A stretch of 64,000 nucleotides of DNA from Candidatus Eiseniibacteriota bacterium (GTDB lineage Bacteria; Eisenbacteria; RBG-16-71-46), in contig DASXQT010000077.1 of the NCBI GenBank assembly GCA_036507005.1, positions 33,626-97,625 of the forward strand. The letters run 5' to 3'. The position numbers and the translations under genes are program-made. Below are positions 18,614-27,809 of this stretch, in pieces (position 1 is the first letter of the stretch; the number at the start of each line of letters is the position of its first letter). The notes under the pieces were generated by a model. That model was not told the DNA's origin. It ran no database searches and saw only the letters and a program-made list of their open reading frames with translations.

Positions 18614-19183
18614 CTAGTGGGCGGGCTCGTCCGGCGTCACCTGACAGCTGAGCCGGAACTTGACCACTTCGTGCTCGCCGACCGCGCCCTTCTCGGCGAA
18701 GTCCAGCTCGACGTTCGCGAACAACGACGACCGCTCGAGCCGGGAGATGAAGTCGGACACCACCAGGTTCGAGTAGGTGACTCCATCGACGGTGAGATTG
18801 CCCCCGGTCTCGTCGTTCGCGTTGGTGAGCCACAGGTGATCGGGCACGCAGCGGGCCAGCTCGTCCATGAGGCGGACGCTGCGCGCGCGCCCCTTCTCGA
18901 GCTTGGCGATGATGCCGAGCCTGAGGTCGAGCTCGGCGCGCTCCTGCGCCAGGCGGTTCACGCGCTCGATCTGCGGCGCCAGGGCGCGCGACTGCTCGTC
19001 GACTTCGGCGATCGATCGGGCCAGCGAGGTGGCGCGCGAGTACTGGGAGAGCGCCGTGCCCGCGATCACCAGCACGCTCGCCACGAACAGCACCGCCGGG
19101 ATCACCAGGTCCCCGGCCTTGAAGCTGATCGAGACCGGACGCTGCGCCTTTTCCTCCTTGGGGAGGAGATTGATCCGGATCAT
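18614..19183 (-). CDS. pilN: Type IV pilus assembly protein PilN
   Basis: ORF 18614..19465 trimmed to ATG at 19181-19183: canonical PilN N-terminus MIRINLLPKEEK plus TM helix. Start overlaps pilM stop. Confidence 0.8.
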   Translation of the reverse strand: MIRINLLPKEEKAQRPVSISFKAGDLVIPAVLFVASVLVIAGTALSQYSRATSLARSIAEVDEQSRALAPQIERVNRLAQERAELDLRLGIIAKLEKGRARSVRLMDELARCVPDHLWLTNANDETGGNLTVDGVTYSNLVVSDFISRLERSSLFANVELDFAEKGAVGEHEVVKFRLSCQVTPDEPAH

Positions 19184-20229
19184 TTCTTGTCTCCGAGACG
19201 GCGCAGGGCGAGCCCGATGCCGACCGTCAGAAGGGGCGCCACCTTCATGACGTCCTGTCCGGAGAACAGGGCCGGATCGTAGGTGACTCGGGCCAGGGGG
19301 TTGGCGATCTCGCAAGGGACGTTGAAGCGGCGGTGCAGGAAGTCCGAGACGCCGGGCGTCATGGAGCTGCCGCCGCACAGCATGATGCGGGTCACCGGCC
19401 CGGCCTCGCCCGCGGTGCGGAGGTAGGCCTGCGCGCGCTCGAGCGCGGTCGCCAGGCCCTCGCACGCCTGCTCGATGACCGGGAGCATCTCCAGCCCGGT
19501 GGATTCGCCGCGCACCGCGGCGGCCGCCTCGGACTGGCTCAGGTTGAACTTGCGCTGCGCCGCCTCGATGAAGATGTTGCCGCCGACCTGCAGGTCCTTC
19601 GTGAAGAACGGCACGCCGCCCTGGGTGATGTTGATGTTGGTGATGTCGGCCCCGACGTTGAGAATCGCCACCACCTCGCCGGCCGCGAAGTCGTAGCTGG
19701 TCTCGAGCGCGTTCTGGGCGGCGAAGGAGTCCACGTCCACGATCAGAGGCTGGAGACCGGCCTCGCGGATCAGGTCGCTGAAGGACATCACCATGTCCTT
19801 CTTGGCCGCGACCAGTAGCACCTGCATCTGCTTGGGATCGGTGGGCGACGCCCCGAGGATCTCGAAGTCGAGCGACACGTCGTTGATGTCGTAGGGGACG
19901 TGCTGCTCGGCCTCCCAGTACACCGCCTGCTGGGCGTCCTCGGGCGAGAGCTTGTTCATCATGATGCGCTTGACGATCACCGCGCGGCCGCTCACTGCGG
20001 CCACCACGCTCTTCGACTTGATGCCGCGTGACTCGAGCAGGTTGGAGATCGCGTCGGTGACGAGCTGGCGGTCCATGATCTCGCCGTCCACGATCGCCTC
20101 GGTGAGCGGCTGGGAGATGCCCCAGTTCACGAGGCGGTGTCCCTTGCTCGTGGTTTCGAGCTCGACCGCCTTGATGGTGTGACTTCCGATGTCCAGCCCG
20201 ACCAGGGACTGCTTCTTCCCGAAGAGCAT
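19180..20229 (-). CDS. pilM: Type IV pilus assembly ATPase-fold protein PilM
   Basis: 349 aa, actin-like PilM: LVGLDIGSHTIKAVEL...ILNVGADITNINI...IMLCGGSSMTPGVSDFL. AGGAGA Shine-Dalgarno upstream of ATG. Confidence 0.9.
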   Translation of the reverse strand: MLFGKKQSLVGLDIGSHTIKAVELETTSKGHRLVNWGISQPLTEAIVDGEIMDRQLVTDAISNLLESRGIKSKSVVAAVSGRAVIVKRIMMNKLSPEDAQQAVYWEAEQHVPYDINDVSLDFEILGASPTDPKQMQVLLVAAKKDMVMSFSDLIREAGLQPLIVDVDSFAAQNALETSYDFAAGEVVAILNVGADITNINITQGGVPFFTKDLQVGGNIFIEAAQRKFNLSQSEAAAAVRGESTGLEMLPVIEQACEGLATALERAQAYLRTAGEAGPVTRIMLCGGSSMTPGVSDFLHRRFNVPCEIANPLARVTYDPALFSGQDVMKVAPLLTVGIGLALRRLGDKK

Positions 20230-20440
20230 GTCTCCTACTCCCTGAGCGCGGGGCGGCGCCGTGCCGCTCCGAGCGGCTGAAACGCGGCTCCCGATGCGGG
20301 CGCGCGACGTTCCGTATCGACGTGGTGGCTTAAGCGCTTCGGCCTGCCGCTATGGCTATCGGTCCGGCCCCATGCATACTTGAGGCCCTTCTTGGCCGCG
20401 GGTTTACGGGCGGGGCGGGCGTCCTGCACGGTCCCCTCCG

Positions 20441-21196
20441 TCAACGCGAGCCCACCGTCACCCGGGGCACGGCGAGGTGCTTCACCACCAGGTCGGCCCG
20501 GCCGCGCTCGATCGCGGCGCGGATCCTCATCATGCTGCGCGCCGCCATGTCGCGCAGGTAGCGGTTGGGCGAGGTGCGGTAGACCTCGGACCACAGCTCG
20601 TAGGCCAGCCGCAGGTCGCCGGCGTTCTGGCGCGAGTACGCCGCGAAGCGCTCGGCGGCGGGCGGCGCGTCGGGCTGGCGCGCCGCCTGCTCGAAGTACT
20701 GCGCCGCGCTGCGCAGGTCGCGCCCGCCGGGGCGAACGAAGTACAGGAACCCCATCTCGAAGGCCAGTCGCCCGCTCCGGGGATTCGCGTCCATCCCCTT
20801 CTGCATGAGCCGCTCGGCCCCGGCGAAGTCCCGGCCCTCCTGGGCGAGCGCGAACGCCCCGAACACGTAGGGCGATTCGAACCGCGGCGCGAGCGTGGTC
20901 AGGATCTCGAACACGTGCGGCATGCGCTCGAAGCGGTTGTCGGAGCGGCGATGCTCGCCGTAGTACTGGACGGCCCTGAGCCAGGCCAGGTCGGCCGCGG
21001 TCTCGCCGTGCCCGAGCACGGCCGGCTTGAGCGAGACGCCCGAGGGGTAGTAGGCCAGCTCCTCGAGCGGGCTCGCCTGCGGCAGCAGCCGGTGGGCCGC
21101 GGCCGCGAGCGAATAGGCGGTGGCACCGGTGAGCAGCGCCACGCCCCAGGCCGCGACCATGCGGCGCTCGCGCCGCCCGAGGGCGAGCGCGCTCAC
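20441..21196 (-). CDS. Membrane-anchored TPR-like repeat protein (possible T4P-associated factor)
   Basis: ORF 20441..21661. Credible part begins at GTG 21194-21196 (overlaps ABC permease stop, GTGA) or ATG 21160. N-terminal RRERR plus TM (MVAAWGVALLTGATAYSLAAAA), then TPR-like helical repeats. Confidence 0.5.
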   Translation of the reverse strand: MSALALGRRERRMVAAWGVALLTGATAYSLAAAAHRLLPQASPLEELAYYPSGVSLKPAVLGHGETAADLAWLRAVQYYGEHRRSDNRFERMPHVFEILTTLAPRFESPYVFGAFALAQEGRDFAGAERLMQKGMDANPRSGRLAFEMGFLYFVRPGGRDLRSAAQYFEQAARQPDAPPAAERFAAYSRQNAGDLRLAYELWSEVYRTSPNRYLRDMAARSMMRIRAAIERGRADLVVKHLAVPRVTVGSR

Positions 21197-21957
21197 TTGA
21201 AGTCCCGCGACTCGAACGCCGCCGCCGCCAGGCTCAGCACGCACGCGCAGTAGACCAGCGCGTAGGCGCTCGCCACCCCGAGGTGGAGGAGGCTGGTGCA
21301 CTCGCCGTGGGCGGCCTGCGTCCGCATGTTGAAGAGCGGCAGGTTCGGCACCAGGTTGGCCGCCACGTTCAGCGCCGGCGCGAGCGTGGACGGGAGCTTC
21401 GCGGCGAACATCCGCAGGTCGTCGCTCCACTGGCCCACCAGGGCGAAGCCGAGCGTGTAGAGCGCGGACAGCACCGGGGTGGAGAGGGCGGAGAACATCA
21501 CCGCCAGCGACGCGAGCAGCATGAGCTCGAGGCCGGCGAGGTAGACCGCCTCGAGCAGCGACAGGCCGTTGGGCGCGAACCCGCGGGCCACGAGGAGCAC
21601 CCACAGCGCGATCCCGAGCGCGGCCGCCACCGCCCACAGCGCCAGGGTCATCCCGGCCCACTTGCCGATCAGGTACTGCGCGCGGGGAATGGGGCGCGAC
21701 AGCAGGCTGTAGATGGTGCGGCGCTCGATCTCCTTGGCCACCAGGCTCGCGCCCGTGAGCAGCGTGACCAGCATCCCGAGCAGCGAGATGCCGCTCAGCC
21801 CGAGGTCCACGGTGAGCCGCCCGCCCTCGCCCATCGCGAGCGGGCTCATCACCTGGGTGGCGAGCAACAGCGCCAGGCCCGCGCCGAGCAAGCCCGCGAG
21901 CACCCGGTCCCGGGCCACCTCGCGGAAGGTGTTGCGCGCGACCAGCGCGGCGATCAC
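21193..21957 (-). CDS. ABC-2 type transporter permease (PilI-like position)
   Basis: C-terminal 254 aa of ORF 21193..22713 from GTG at 21955-21957 (GTGA overlap with ATPase stop). Six hydrophobic helices (e.g. LLSRPIPRAQYLIGKWAGMTLALWAVAAALGIALWVLLV). Confidence 0.7.
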   Translation of the reverse strand: MIAALVARNTFREVARDRVLAGLLGAGLALLLATQVMSPLAMGEGGRLTVDLGLSGISLLGMLVTLLTGASLVAKEIERRTIYSLLSRPIPRAQYLIGKWAGMTLALWAVAAALGIALWVLLVARGFAPNGLSLLEAVYLAGLELMLLASLAVMFSALSTPVLSALYTLGFALVGQWSDDLRMFAAKLPSTLAPALNVAANLVPNLPLFNMRTQAAHGECTSLLHLGVASAYALVYCACVLSLAAAAFESRDFK

Positions 21958-22973
21958 GCCGCCCTCCGCTCGCGCTCCAGGGCGGACGAGCCGCCCTCGG
22001 TGGCGCTCAGGAACAGCTCCTCGAGCGTGGCGCCCTGGCGGGACACCGACTGCACCTTCGCCCCGGAGCGCAGCAGCCAGTCGAGGACCTGGTTGACCTC
22101 GGCGTCGCCGCCGATCTCGAACTCGCTGTCGCCCCCGCCCGCGCGGCGCTCGACCCGGTCGCGCCACGCCGGCGGGATCTCGACCAGCGGGGTCCCCTCG
22201 CAGCGGACGATCACGCGGCTCGCCGCCTCCCGGGTGAGCTCGCTCACGCTCGCGGTCCGCATCAGCCGGCCCTGGTGGAGGATCGCGACCCGGTCCGCCA
22301 CCATCTCCACGTCGGGCAGGATGTGCGAGGAGAACAGCACCGTGACCCCGCGCGCGCGCTGCTCGAGGATCAGTTCCCGCACGTCGCGCCGGCCGTAGGG
22401 ATCGAGCCCGCTCATGGGCTCGTCCAGGATCACGATCTCGGGGGCGTGGACCAGCGCCGCGGCCAGCCCCAGGCGCTGCAGCATCCCTTTGGAGTACTTG
22501 CGCAGCACGAGCCGGGGGCGGTCGCCGAGCCCGACCCGGCCGAGCCAGTGGCGGGCGCTCTCGTGCGCCTCGACTCCCGAGAGGCCCGACAGCCCGCCCG
22601 CCAGCTCGAGGTACTCGATGCCCGTCAGGTAGTCGTAGAAGTAGGGCTGCTCGGGCAGGAACCCCAGGGGGCGCCGGGAGCGCGGCTCGTCGATCGGCAC
22701 CCCGAGCAGCCACGCGCTCCCGCGGGTGGGCTTCAAGAGGCCGGTGAGGAGCTTGAGCGTCGTGGACTTGCCGGCGCCGTTGACGCCGAGCAGTCCGAGC
22801 ACCTGACCGCGGCCGAGGTCGAGGTCGAGCGGCTCGAGCCCGCGCGTGACCCGCAGGGTCCAGTTGCTGCGGTAGTGCTTGGCGAGCCCACGGATGCAGA
22901 TGGCGAGATCCGGATCGCCCGGGGCGGCCGGTTTGCGTCCGGACACCGGCCAGACCTGCGCCGCTCGGGTCAT
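21954..22973 (-). CDS. ABC transporter ATP-binding protein (PilH-like position)
   Basis: ORF 21954..23078 trimmed to ATG 22971-22973 (GGGAGGGGG upstream). Walker A GVNGAGKSTTL, signature YSKGMLQRLGLAAAL, Walker B IVILDEPMSGLD, H-loop FSSHIL. Confidence 0.85.
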   Translation of the reverse strand: MTRAAQVWPVSGRKPAAPGDPDLAICIRGLAKHYRSNWTLRVTRGLEPLDLDLGRGQVLGLLGVNGAGKSTTLKLLTGLLKPTRGSAWLLGVPIDEPRSRRPLGFLPEQPYFYDYLTGIEYLELAGGLSGLSGVEAHESARHWLGRVGLGDRPRLVLRKYSKGMLQRLGLAAALVHAPEIVILDEPMSGLDPYGRRDVRELILEQRARGVTVLFSSHILPDVEMVADRVAILHQGRLMRTASVSELTREAASRVIVRCEGTPLVEIPPAWRDRVERRAGGGDSEFEIGGDAEVNQVLDWLLRSGAKVQSVSRQGATLEELFLSATEGGSSALERERRAA

Positions 22974-23102
22974 GCAGTCCCCCTCCCGCGCAGCCCCCGC
23001 GCGGGCCTCCCGCTGCGAGAACAGCGCGCCAGCCCGGCGGGATTGCCGGGCCGCCGCGCGGCGAAAGGCAACCTCCATGCCGCCTCCGCCCCCAAATCGA
23101 TC

Positions 23103-23126
23103 GAGGACGGGATCCCTCCCGTCCTC
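23103..23126 (-). terminator. Stem-loop (10-bp perfect stem, 4-nt loop) downstream of pilin gene 1; candidate intrinsic terminator
   Basis: gaggacggga-tccc-tcccgtcctc, 26 nt past the pilin stop. Minus-strand continuation GATCGATTTGGGGG gives only a weak U-tract. Confidence 0.45.
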
Positions 23127-23151
23127 GTCGAGGTGTTGCTGGCTTCTGCGA

Positions 23152-23583
23152 TTACTGACCGGCGGTGAGCACCAGCGTCAGAGCCGCGCTCTTGCCGTAG
23201 CCCTTGACGTTGTAGGTCGACGTGCTCGAGTCGGCGTAGCTGGTGAGGCCCGGGGTCGCAGTCGGAGGGCTCAGAACGCTGGCGCGGTCTTCCCACGAAC
23301 CGCCCGAACTGGTGCTCTGGTCGAACGGGTTCTTGAAGTTGGCACCAGCCGCAGGAAGCATGGGCTCGATCTGGCTGGCGTTGTCCGCGTACGTGCCGTC
23401 GTTCTGGACGCCGTAGTCCTCGGCGGAGAGCTGGAAGGTGTGCATGTTCGCCTTCGTGCTGCCTTCCTTCGCCCGGTTCTGCATCGCGATGAAGTTCGGA
23501 ATCGCGATGGCCGCCAGGATGCCGATGATGACAACCACGATCATCAGCTCGATCAGGGTGAAGCCCTTCTGGTTTCTCAGCAT
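23152..23583 (-). CDS. pilA: Type IVa major pilin (PilA-like), copy 1
   Basis: 143 aa. Class III signal MLRNQKG|FTLIELMIVVVIIGILAAIAIPNF with G-1, F+1, E+5. No cysteines in the mature protein. Confidence 0.9.
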   Translation of the reverse strand: MLRNQKGFTLIELMIVVVIIGILAAIAIPNFIAMQNRAKEGSTKANMHTFQLSAEDYGVQNDGTYADNASQIEPMLPAAGANFKNPFDQSTSSGGSWEDRASVLSPPTATPGLTSYADSSTSTYNVKGYGKSAALTLVLTAGQ

Positions 23584-23649
23584 GACTCTAACTCCTCCTC
23601 AAGGGTTGCGGGGGCCGTCCGTTCGACGGCCTCACCAGACTGCCGGGAC

Positions 23650-23671
23650 CCAGTGCAACCGATATGCCGGA
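23650..23671 (-). promoter_or_regulatory. Candidate sigma-54 (-24/-12) promoter upstream of pilin gene 1
   Basis: Minus-strand reading cGGCAT-atcgg-TTGCAc fits TGGCAC-N5-TTGCW with the GG/GC dinucleotides at correct spacing, about 70-90 nt upstream of the pilin ATG at 23583. Consistent with the adjacent sigma-54 activator PilR. Confidence 0.45.
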
Positions 23672-23916
23672 TCGACCGTCCGGAGCGAGGATGTTGGGGC
23701 GCAGTCAGTTGCCGCCTCGCGCGGCGTCCCGGGCAGGGCGCGGGCTCGGCGTTTTTCCCGCGCAAAATGCAATCTGCAGGCATCCCGCACGCGGCGAGCG
23801 GCGCCGGGGCCCGCCGCGGGAGCGCCGAAGGGCCGGCGCGCGGAGAGAAACCAGGCGCGGCGCGCCCGCGGGCCCCGGGTGACTCCGCGGCCGGCACCCG
23901 CGCCACGAAACGCGAC

Positions 23917-23941
23917 GAGGGCGGGAGATCGTCCCGCCCTC
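23917..23941 (-). terminator. Stem-loop downstream of pilin gene 2 (10-11 bp stem, 5-nt loop)
   Basis: gagggcggga-gatcg-tcccgccctc, 24 nt past the pilin-2 stop. Closely related in sequence to the hairpin after pilin 1. Confidence 0.45.
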
Positions 23942-23964
23942 GCCGTGACCGCGCCGCGCGCCGA

Positions 23965-24393
23965 TTACTGCCCGGAGGTGAGCACCAGGCTGAGGGCCGC
24001 GGCCTTGCCGTAGCCCTTGATGTTGTAGATCCGGTCCGAGGAGTCGGCGTAGCTCGTGATGCCGTCGGTGGCCGTCGGGGGCGAGCCCATGCCGCTTCGA
24101 TTCTCCCACGAGAGGTTGGCGCCCACGCTCCCGTCGAACGGGTTCGTGAAGGCCGTGCCGCCCGCCGGCATCAGCGGGGCGACCAGGGCCGCATCCGGCG
24201 AGTACATGCCGTCATTCTGGACCGCGTAGTCCTCGGCCGCGAGCTGGAACGTGTGCATGTTGGCCTTGACGCCGCTTTCCTTGGCCCGGGTCCGCATCGC
24301 GAGGAAGTTGGGGATTGCGACCGCGGCCAGGATGCCGATGATCAGGACCACGACCATCAGCTCGATCAGCGTGAAACCCCTCTGCGTAGTCAC
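23965..24393 (-). CDS. pilA: Type IVa major pilin (PilA-like), copy 2 (tandem paralog)
   Basis: ORF 23965..24630 trimmed to GTG at 24391-24393 (leader VTTQRG|FTLIELMVVVLIIGILAAVAIPNF), preceded by GAGGTGA. About 65% identical to copy 1. Cysteine-free. Confidence 0.85.
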   Translation of the reverse strand: MTTQRGFTLIELMVVVLIIGILAAVAIPNFLAMRTRAKESGVKANMHTFQLAAEDYAVQNDGMYSPDAALVAPLMPAGGTAFTNPFDGSVGANLSWENRSGMGSPPTATDGITSYADSSDRIYNIKGYGKAAALSLVLTSGQ

Positions 24394-24469
24394 TCTCACC
24401 TCGGATTGCGAACGAGAGCTGCCGGAAGTCGCGAAGGCGGACCCAGTTGGCACCCGCCACCCCAGACAA

Positions 24470-24486
24470 AGCACACACAGTGCCAC
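24470..24486 (-). promoter_or_regulatory. Candidate sigma-54 (-24/-12) promoter upstream of pilin gene 2
   Basis: Minus-strand TGGCAC-tgtgt-GTGCT (perfect -24 hexamer, GC at -12), about 75-95 nt upstream of the pilin-2 start. Confidence 0.5.
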
Positions 24487-24663
24487 GCGCCGGGCCGCCC
24501 GCCGCGCCGCCCGCAAGCCGCTGGCGCGCACGAGGCTGGCGCGGCCATCCGGCTCCGCGCCCGATCCCGGCCGGACCCGCGGTCGTGCGGAAGCCGCGGG
24601 CTCCTCCCCCTCGAAACGGGCGTTCTGCAACGCACCCGTGAGGGAGATTGCAGATTGCCCGGC

Positions 24664-26079
24664 TCAGGCGGCCTTGGATTTCGGTTCGCCCGATTCCTCC
24701 TCACCCTCGTCCTCGGGCCGTGCTCCCGGCTTCTCCACCCCGTAGGCGATGAGCTTGCGGTAGAGCGTCGACGCGTTGATCCCCAGGACGTCGCTCGCCT
24801 TCTTCTTCTGCCAGCGCGTCGAGTTCAGCACCTTCAGGATGTACTCCTTCTCGAGCTCCTCGAGCGTGAGCGTCGGGGAGTCGATGATCAGGCTCCCGCG
24901 GTGGCTGGTGCCGAGGCGCACCTTCTCGGGCAGGTCCTCGGGCCCGATCACGCCGCTCTCGTCCAGGATCAGCGCGCGCTCCATCACGTTCTCGAGCTCG
25001 CGCACGTTGCCGGGCCAGTCGTACTTGAGCAGGACGTCCATCGCCTCCTTGCTCACGGTCTTGATCCGGCCCTCGGTGGTGTGGCGCTTGAGGAAGTGGT
25101 CCACCAGGAGCGGGATGTCGTCCCGGCGCTGGCGCAGCGACGGGAGCTTGATCGGGATCACGTTGAGCCGGTAGAAGAGGTCGGCGCGGAAGCGCCCCTC
25201 GGCCACCTCGCGCTCCAGGTCGGCGTTGGTGGCCGCGACCAGCCGGCAGTCGATCTTGATCGACTGGGTGCCGCCCACCGGGATGATCTCGCGCTCCTGC
25301 AGGGCGCGCAGCAGCTTGACCTGGGTGGCGAGCGGGGTCTCCCCCACCTCGTCCAGGAAGAACGTCCCGCCCTCGGCCACCTGGAGCAGCCCGGCGGAGT
25401 CCTTCACCGCGCCGGTGAAGGAGCCCTTCACGTGCCCGAACAGGTTGCTCTCGAGCAGGTCGCGCGGGATAGCGCCGCAGTTGATGCTGACGAACGGCCC
25501 GCTCGCCCGCCGGCTGCTGTAGTGGATCTCGCGCGCGATCAGCTCCTTGCCGGTCCCGCTCTCGCCCTGGATCATGATGGTGGCCTCGCTGTCCGCGACC
25601 TTCTCCACCATCTTGAAGACCCGCACCATCTCCTCCGAGGAGCCGATGATGACCTTCTCCTCGTGCCCCTTCTTGAGCTCGCGCTTGAGGTACTGGTTCT
25701 CCACCCGCACCCGCCGCATCTCGAGGGCGTTGCGGACGATGAGCTTGATCTCGTCGTTCTTGGCGTTCTTGATCAGGTACTGGAAGGCGCCCAGGTTGAC
25801 GGCGTCGATCGCCGACTGCTGGGAGGCGTAGGCGGTCATGATCACGACCGGCAGCGAGGGATCGTGCTTCTTGATGCCCTGCAGGAGCTGGATGCCGTCC
25901 ATGCCGGGCATCTTGATGTCGGTGATGACGACGTCGATGTTCTCGGCCTTGACCTTCTCCAGCGCCTCGCGGCCGTTGTTGACCGTGGTGACCTGGTAGC
26001 CCTCCTTGCGGAGCACGATGCTCAGGAACTGCGTCATGCTCTGCTCGTCGTCCACCACGAGAATCCGCTCCTCCGGCAT
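24664..26079 (-). CDS. pilR: Sigma-54-dependent response regulator PilR (REC-AAA+-HTH)
   Basis: C-terminal 471 aa of ORF 24664..27630 from ATG 26077-26079 (GAGGTGA upstream). REC domain (ILVVDDE...DIKMPGMDG), AAA+ sigma-54 interaction domain ([21 protein letters not shown]-like GSFTGAV, ESNLFGH), C-terminal Fis-type HTH ([19 protein letters not shown]). Confidence 0.9.
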   Translation of the reverse strand: MPEERILVVDDEQSMTQFLSIVLRKEGYQVTTVNNGREALEKVKAENIDVVITDIKMPGMDGIQLLQGIKKHDPSLPVVIMTAYASQQSAIDAVNLGAFQYLIKNAKNDEIKLIVRNALEMRRVRVENQYLKRELKKGHEEKVIIGSSEEMVRVFKMVEKVADSEATIMIQGESGTGKELIAREIHYSSRRASGPFVSINCGAIPRDLLESNLFGHVKGSFTGAVKDSAGLLQVAEGGTFFLDEVGETPLATQVKLLRALQEREIIPVGGTQSIKIDCRLVAATNADLEREVAEGRFRADLFYRLNVIPIKLPSLRQRRDDIPLLVDHFLKRHTTEGRIKTVSKEAMDVLLKYDWPGNVRELENVMERALILDESGVIGPEDLPEKVRLGTSHRGSLIIDSPTLTLEELEKEYILKVLNSTRWQKKKASDVLGINASTLYRKLIAYGVEKPGARPEDEGEEESGEPKSKAA

Positions 26080-26114
26080 ATCCCTCACCTCTTTTCGTTC
26101 GCTTGGCGAGGCCA

Positions 26115-27809
26115 TCACGCGGCCTGCGCCACCACGGCGGCGGCTTCGGGCAGGTCGACGCGCGCGATCGTGCCGCGCTCGGCCGTGCTCTCCAGCGTCA
26201 GCTTGCCACCGTGACGTTCGACGATGCGGTGGGCGATGGGCAATCCGAGCCCGGTACCGCCCTCCTTGGTCGTATAAAACGGCTGACCGACCCGCGGCAG
26301 ATCCTCCGCCGCGATGCCGGCGCCCTGGTCCTCGAATTCCACCACGGTCCGGCCCGGGGAGCCGTCCCGCCACCGCACCACCAGCTCGCCCCCGGACGGC
26401 ATGGCCTCCATCCCGTTGGCCGCGAGGTTGAGCCACACCTGGCGCATCTGCTCCTTGTCCACGCTGAGGTAGCTCGGCCCCTTCCCGGGCTCGAACCGCA
26501 CCCGCACCCCGGCGGAGCAGCGTGGATCGAGCCCGAGCATCTCGCAGGTCTCGGCGAGGTAGACGTTGATCTCGACCGGCTCGAGCGAGAGGTCGCGCTC
26601 GCGCGAGTAGCTGAGCAGGTCGGTTACGAAGCGGTTGAGGCGGTTGCTCTCGGTGGCGATCAGCTCCATGAGCGTCGCGTTCTCGCCCTCGAGCTTGAGC
26701 TCGCGCTGCAGCACCTCGACCGAGCCGCTGATCGGCTTCAGGCCGTTCCGCAGCTCGTGGGCGATGCCGGCCGAGAGCGCCCCGAGCTCCGCCAGGGTGC
26801 GGTTGCGCCGCGCCCGGCGCTCCATCTCGCGCACCTCGGTCAGGTCCTGGAACACCGCCACCACGCCGTGGAGCACGCCCTCGTGGATCAGGAGGTTGGT
26901 CGAGAGCCCGACCGGCAGGGGCCGGCCCGACTCGGTGCGCAGCATGACCTCGGCCCGCGCCCGCGGCTCGCGCCGCGAGAGCGTGTCGAGAATCAGGGCC
27001 CGCAGCGACCGTAGGCGCTCGGGGAGCGCCTGGGCGAGCGGCTTGCCCCGGGCGTCGAGCGCGTGGAGGCCGAGCACCTGCTCCGCCGCCGGGTTCAGGT
27101 AGGCGACGTTGCCCTGGCCGCTGGCCGTGAGCACGCCGGTGGTGAGGTGCCTCAGGATCACGTCGTTGTCCACCCGCACCCGGTCCAGCTCGCGCGCGGT
27201 GCGCTCCAGGTCCTCGCGGGTGCGCTGCACGCGCTCGCCCAGGATCCCGGCCAGCACGCCCACCACGGCGAGGACCGCGAGCAGCAGCGCGGGGCGCGGC
27301 AGCGCGGCCTCGAGGGCGTTTCCGGCCGAGGCGCCGAGCCACTGCCCGATCGCGGGCAGGGCGAGGAAGGCGGCGCAGGCCCCGACCGCGGCGAACAGGC
27401 CGCCCGGGAGCCGGCCCACCAGGCCGCCCGAGATCACCACCAGGGCGAAGAACAGCACGAACTGGCTGCCGCGCCCGCCGGTGAGCGCCGAGAGCGTGGC
27501 GACCAGCGCCAGGTCGGACGTGAGCTGCAGGTAGACCTGGGCTGCGAACCCGCGCTTGAGCCGGGTGCCGAGCCAGAACAGGGCCGAGACCACGCCCACC
27601 GCGATCAGCGACCAGGACAGGATCCACCACGCGCCCTCGGCGGCGTCCGGCCGCAGCAGCACGCCGATCGGCAGCGCCAGCGTGGCCACCAGCAGCCGCG
27701 CCCAGATCAGGGCGCGCAGCCCCTCCCAGCGCACCCGGGCGGGCAACCGGGGCCGTCCGTTCCGCCGTGCCGGAGGCGCGGGCGGCGTGAGGTTCGCGGG
27801 CCCGGTCAC
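26115..27809 (-). CDS. pilS: Membrane sensor histidine kinase PilS
   Basis: C-terminal 564 aa of ORF 26115..29006. Six TM helices, PAS-like region, HisKA (LSAGIAHELRNGLKPI), HATPase_c (NLAANGMEAMPSGGEL...DQGAGIAAEDLPRVGQPFYTTKEGGTGLGLPIAHRI). Start placed at GTG 27807-27809 overlapping pilC stop (GTGA); an alternative GTG lies about 25 codons downstream. Confidence 0.8.
   Translation of the reverse strand: MTGPANLTPPAPPARRNGRPRLPARVRWEGLRALIWARLLVATLALPIGVLLRPDAAEGAWWILSWSLIAVGVVSALFWLGTRLKRGFAAQVYLQLTSDLALVATLSALTGGRGSQFVLFFALVVISGGLVGRLPGGLFAAVGACAAFLALPAIGQWLGASAGNALEAALPRPALLLAVLAVVGVLAGILGERVQRTREDLERTARELDRVRVDNDVILRHLTTGVLTASGQGNVAYLNPAAEQVLGLHALDARGKPLAQALPERLRSLRALILDTLSRREPRARAEVMLRTESGRPLPVGLSTNLLIHEGVLHGVVAVFQDLTEVREMERRARRNRTLAELGALSAGIAHELRNGLKPISGSVEVLQRELKLEGENATLMELIATESNRLNRFVTDLLSYSRERDLSLEPVEINVYLAETCEMLGLDPRCSAGVRVRFEPGKGPSYLSVDKEQMRQVWLNLAANGMEAMPSGGELVVRWRDGSPGRTVVEFEDQGAGIAAEDLPRVGQPFYTTKEGGTGLGLPIAHRIVERHGGKLTLESTAERGTIARVDLPEAAAVVAQAA

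Noticed and set aside
23584-23964. Small ORF 23577-23906 (109 aa) between the two pilin genes
   Set aside because: Arg/Pro/Ala-rich with no signal or motifs. The region is better explained as pilin-1 promoter plus pilin-2 terminator.
22879-26214. 1111-aa plus-strand ORF spanning the pilin/pilR region
   Set aside because: Antisense to the pilins and pilR. Real genes there have strong family signatures on the minus strand.
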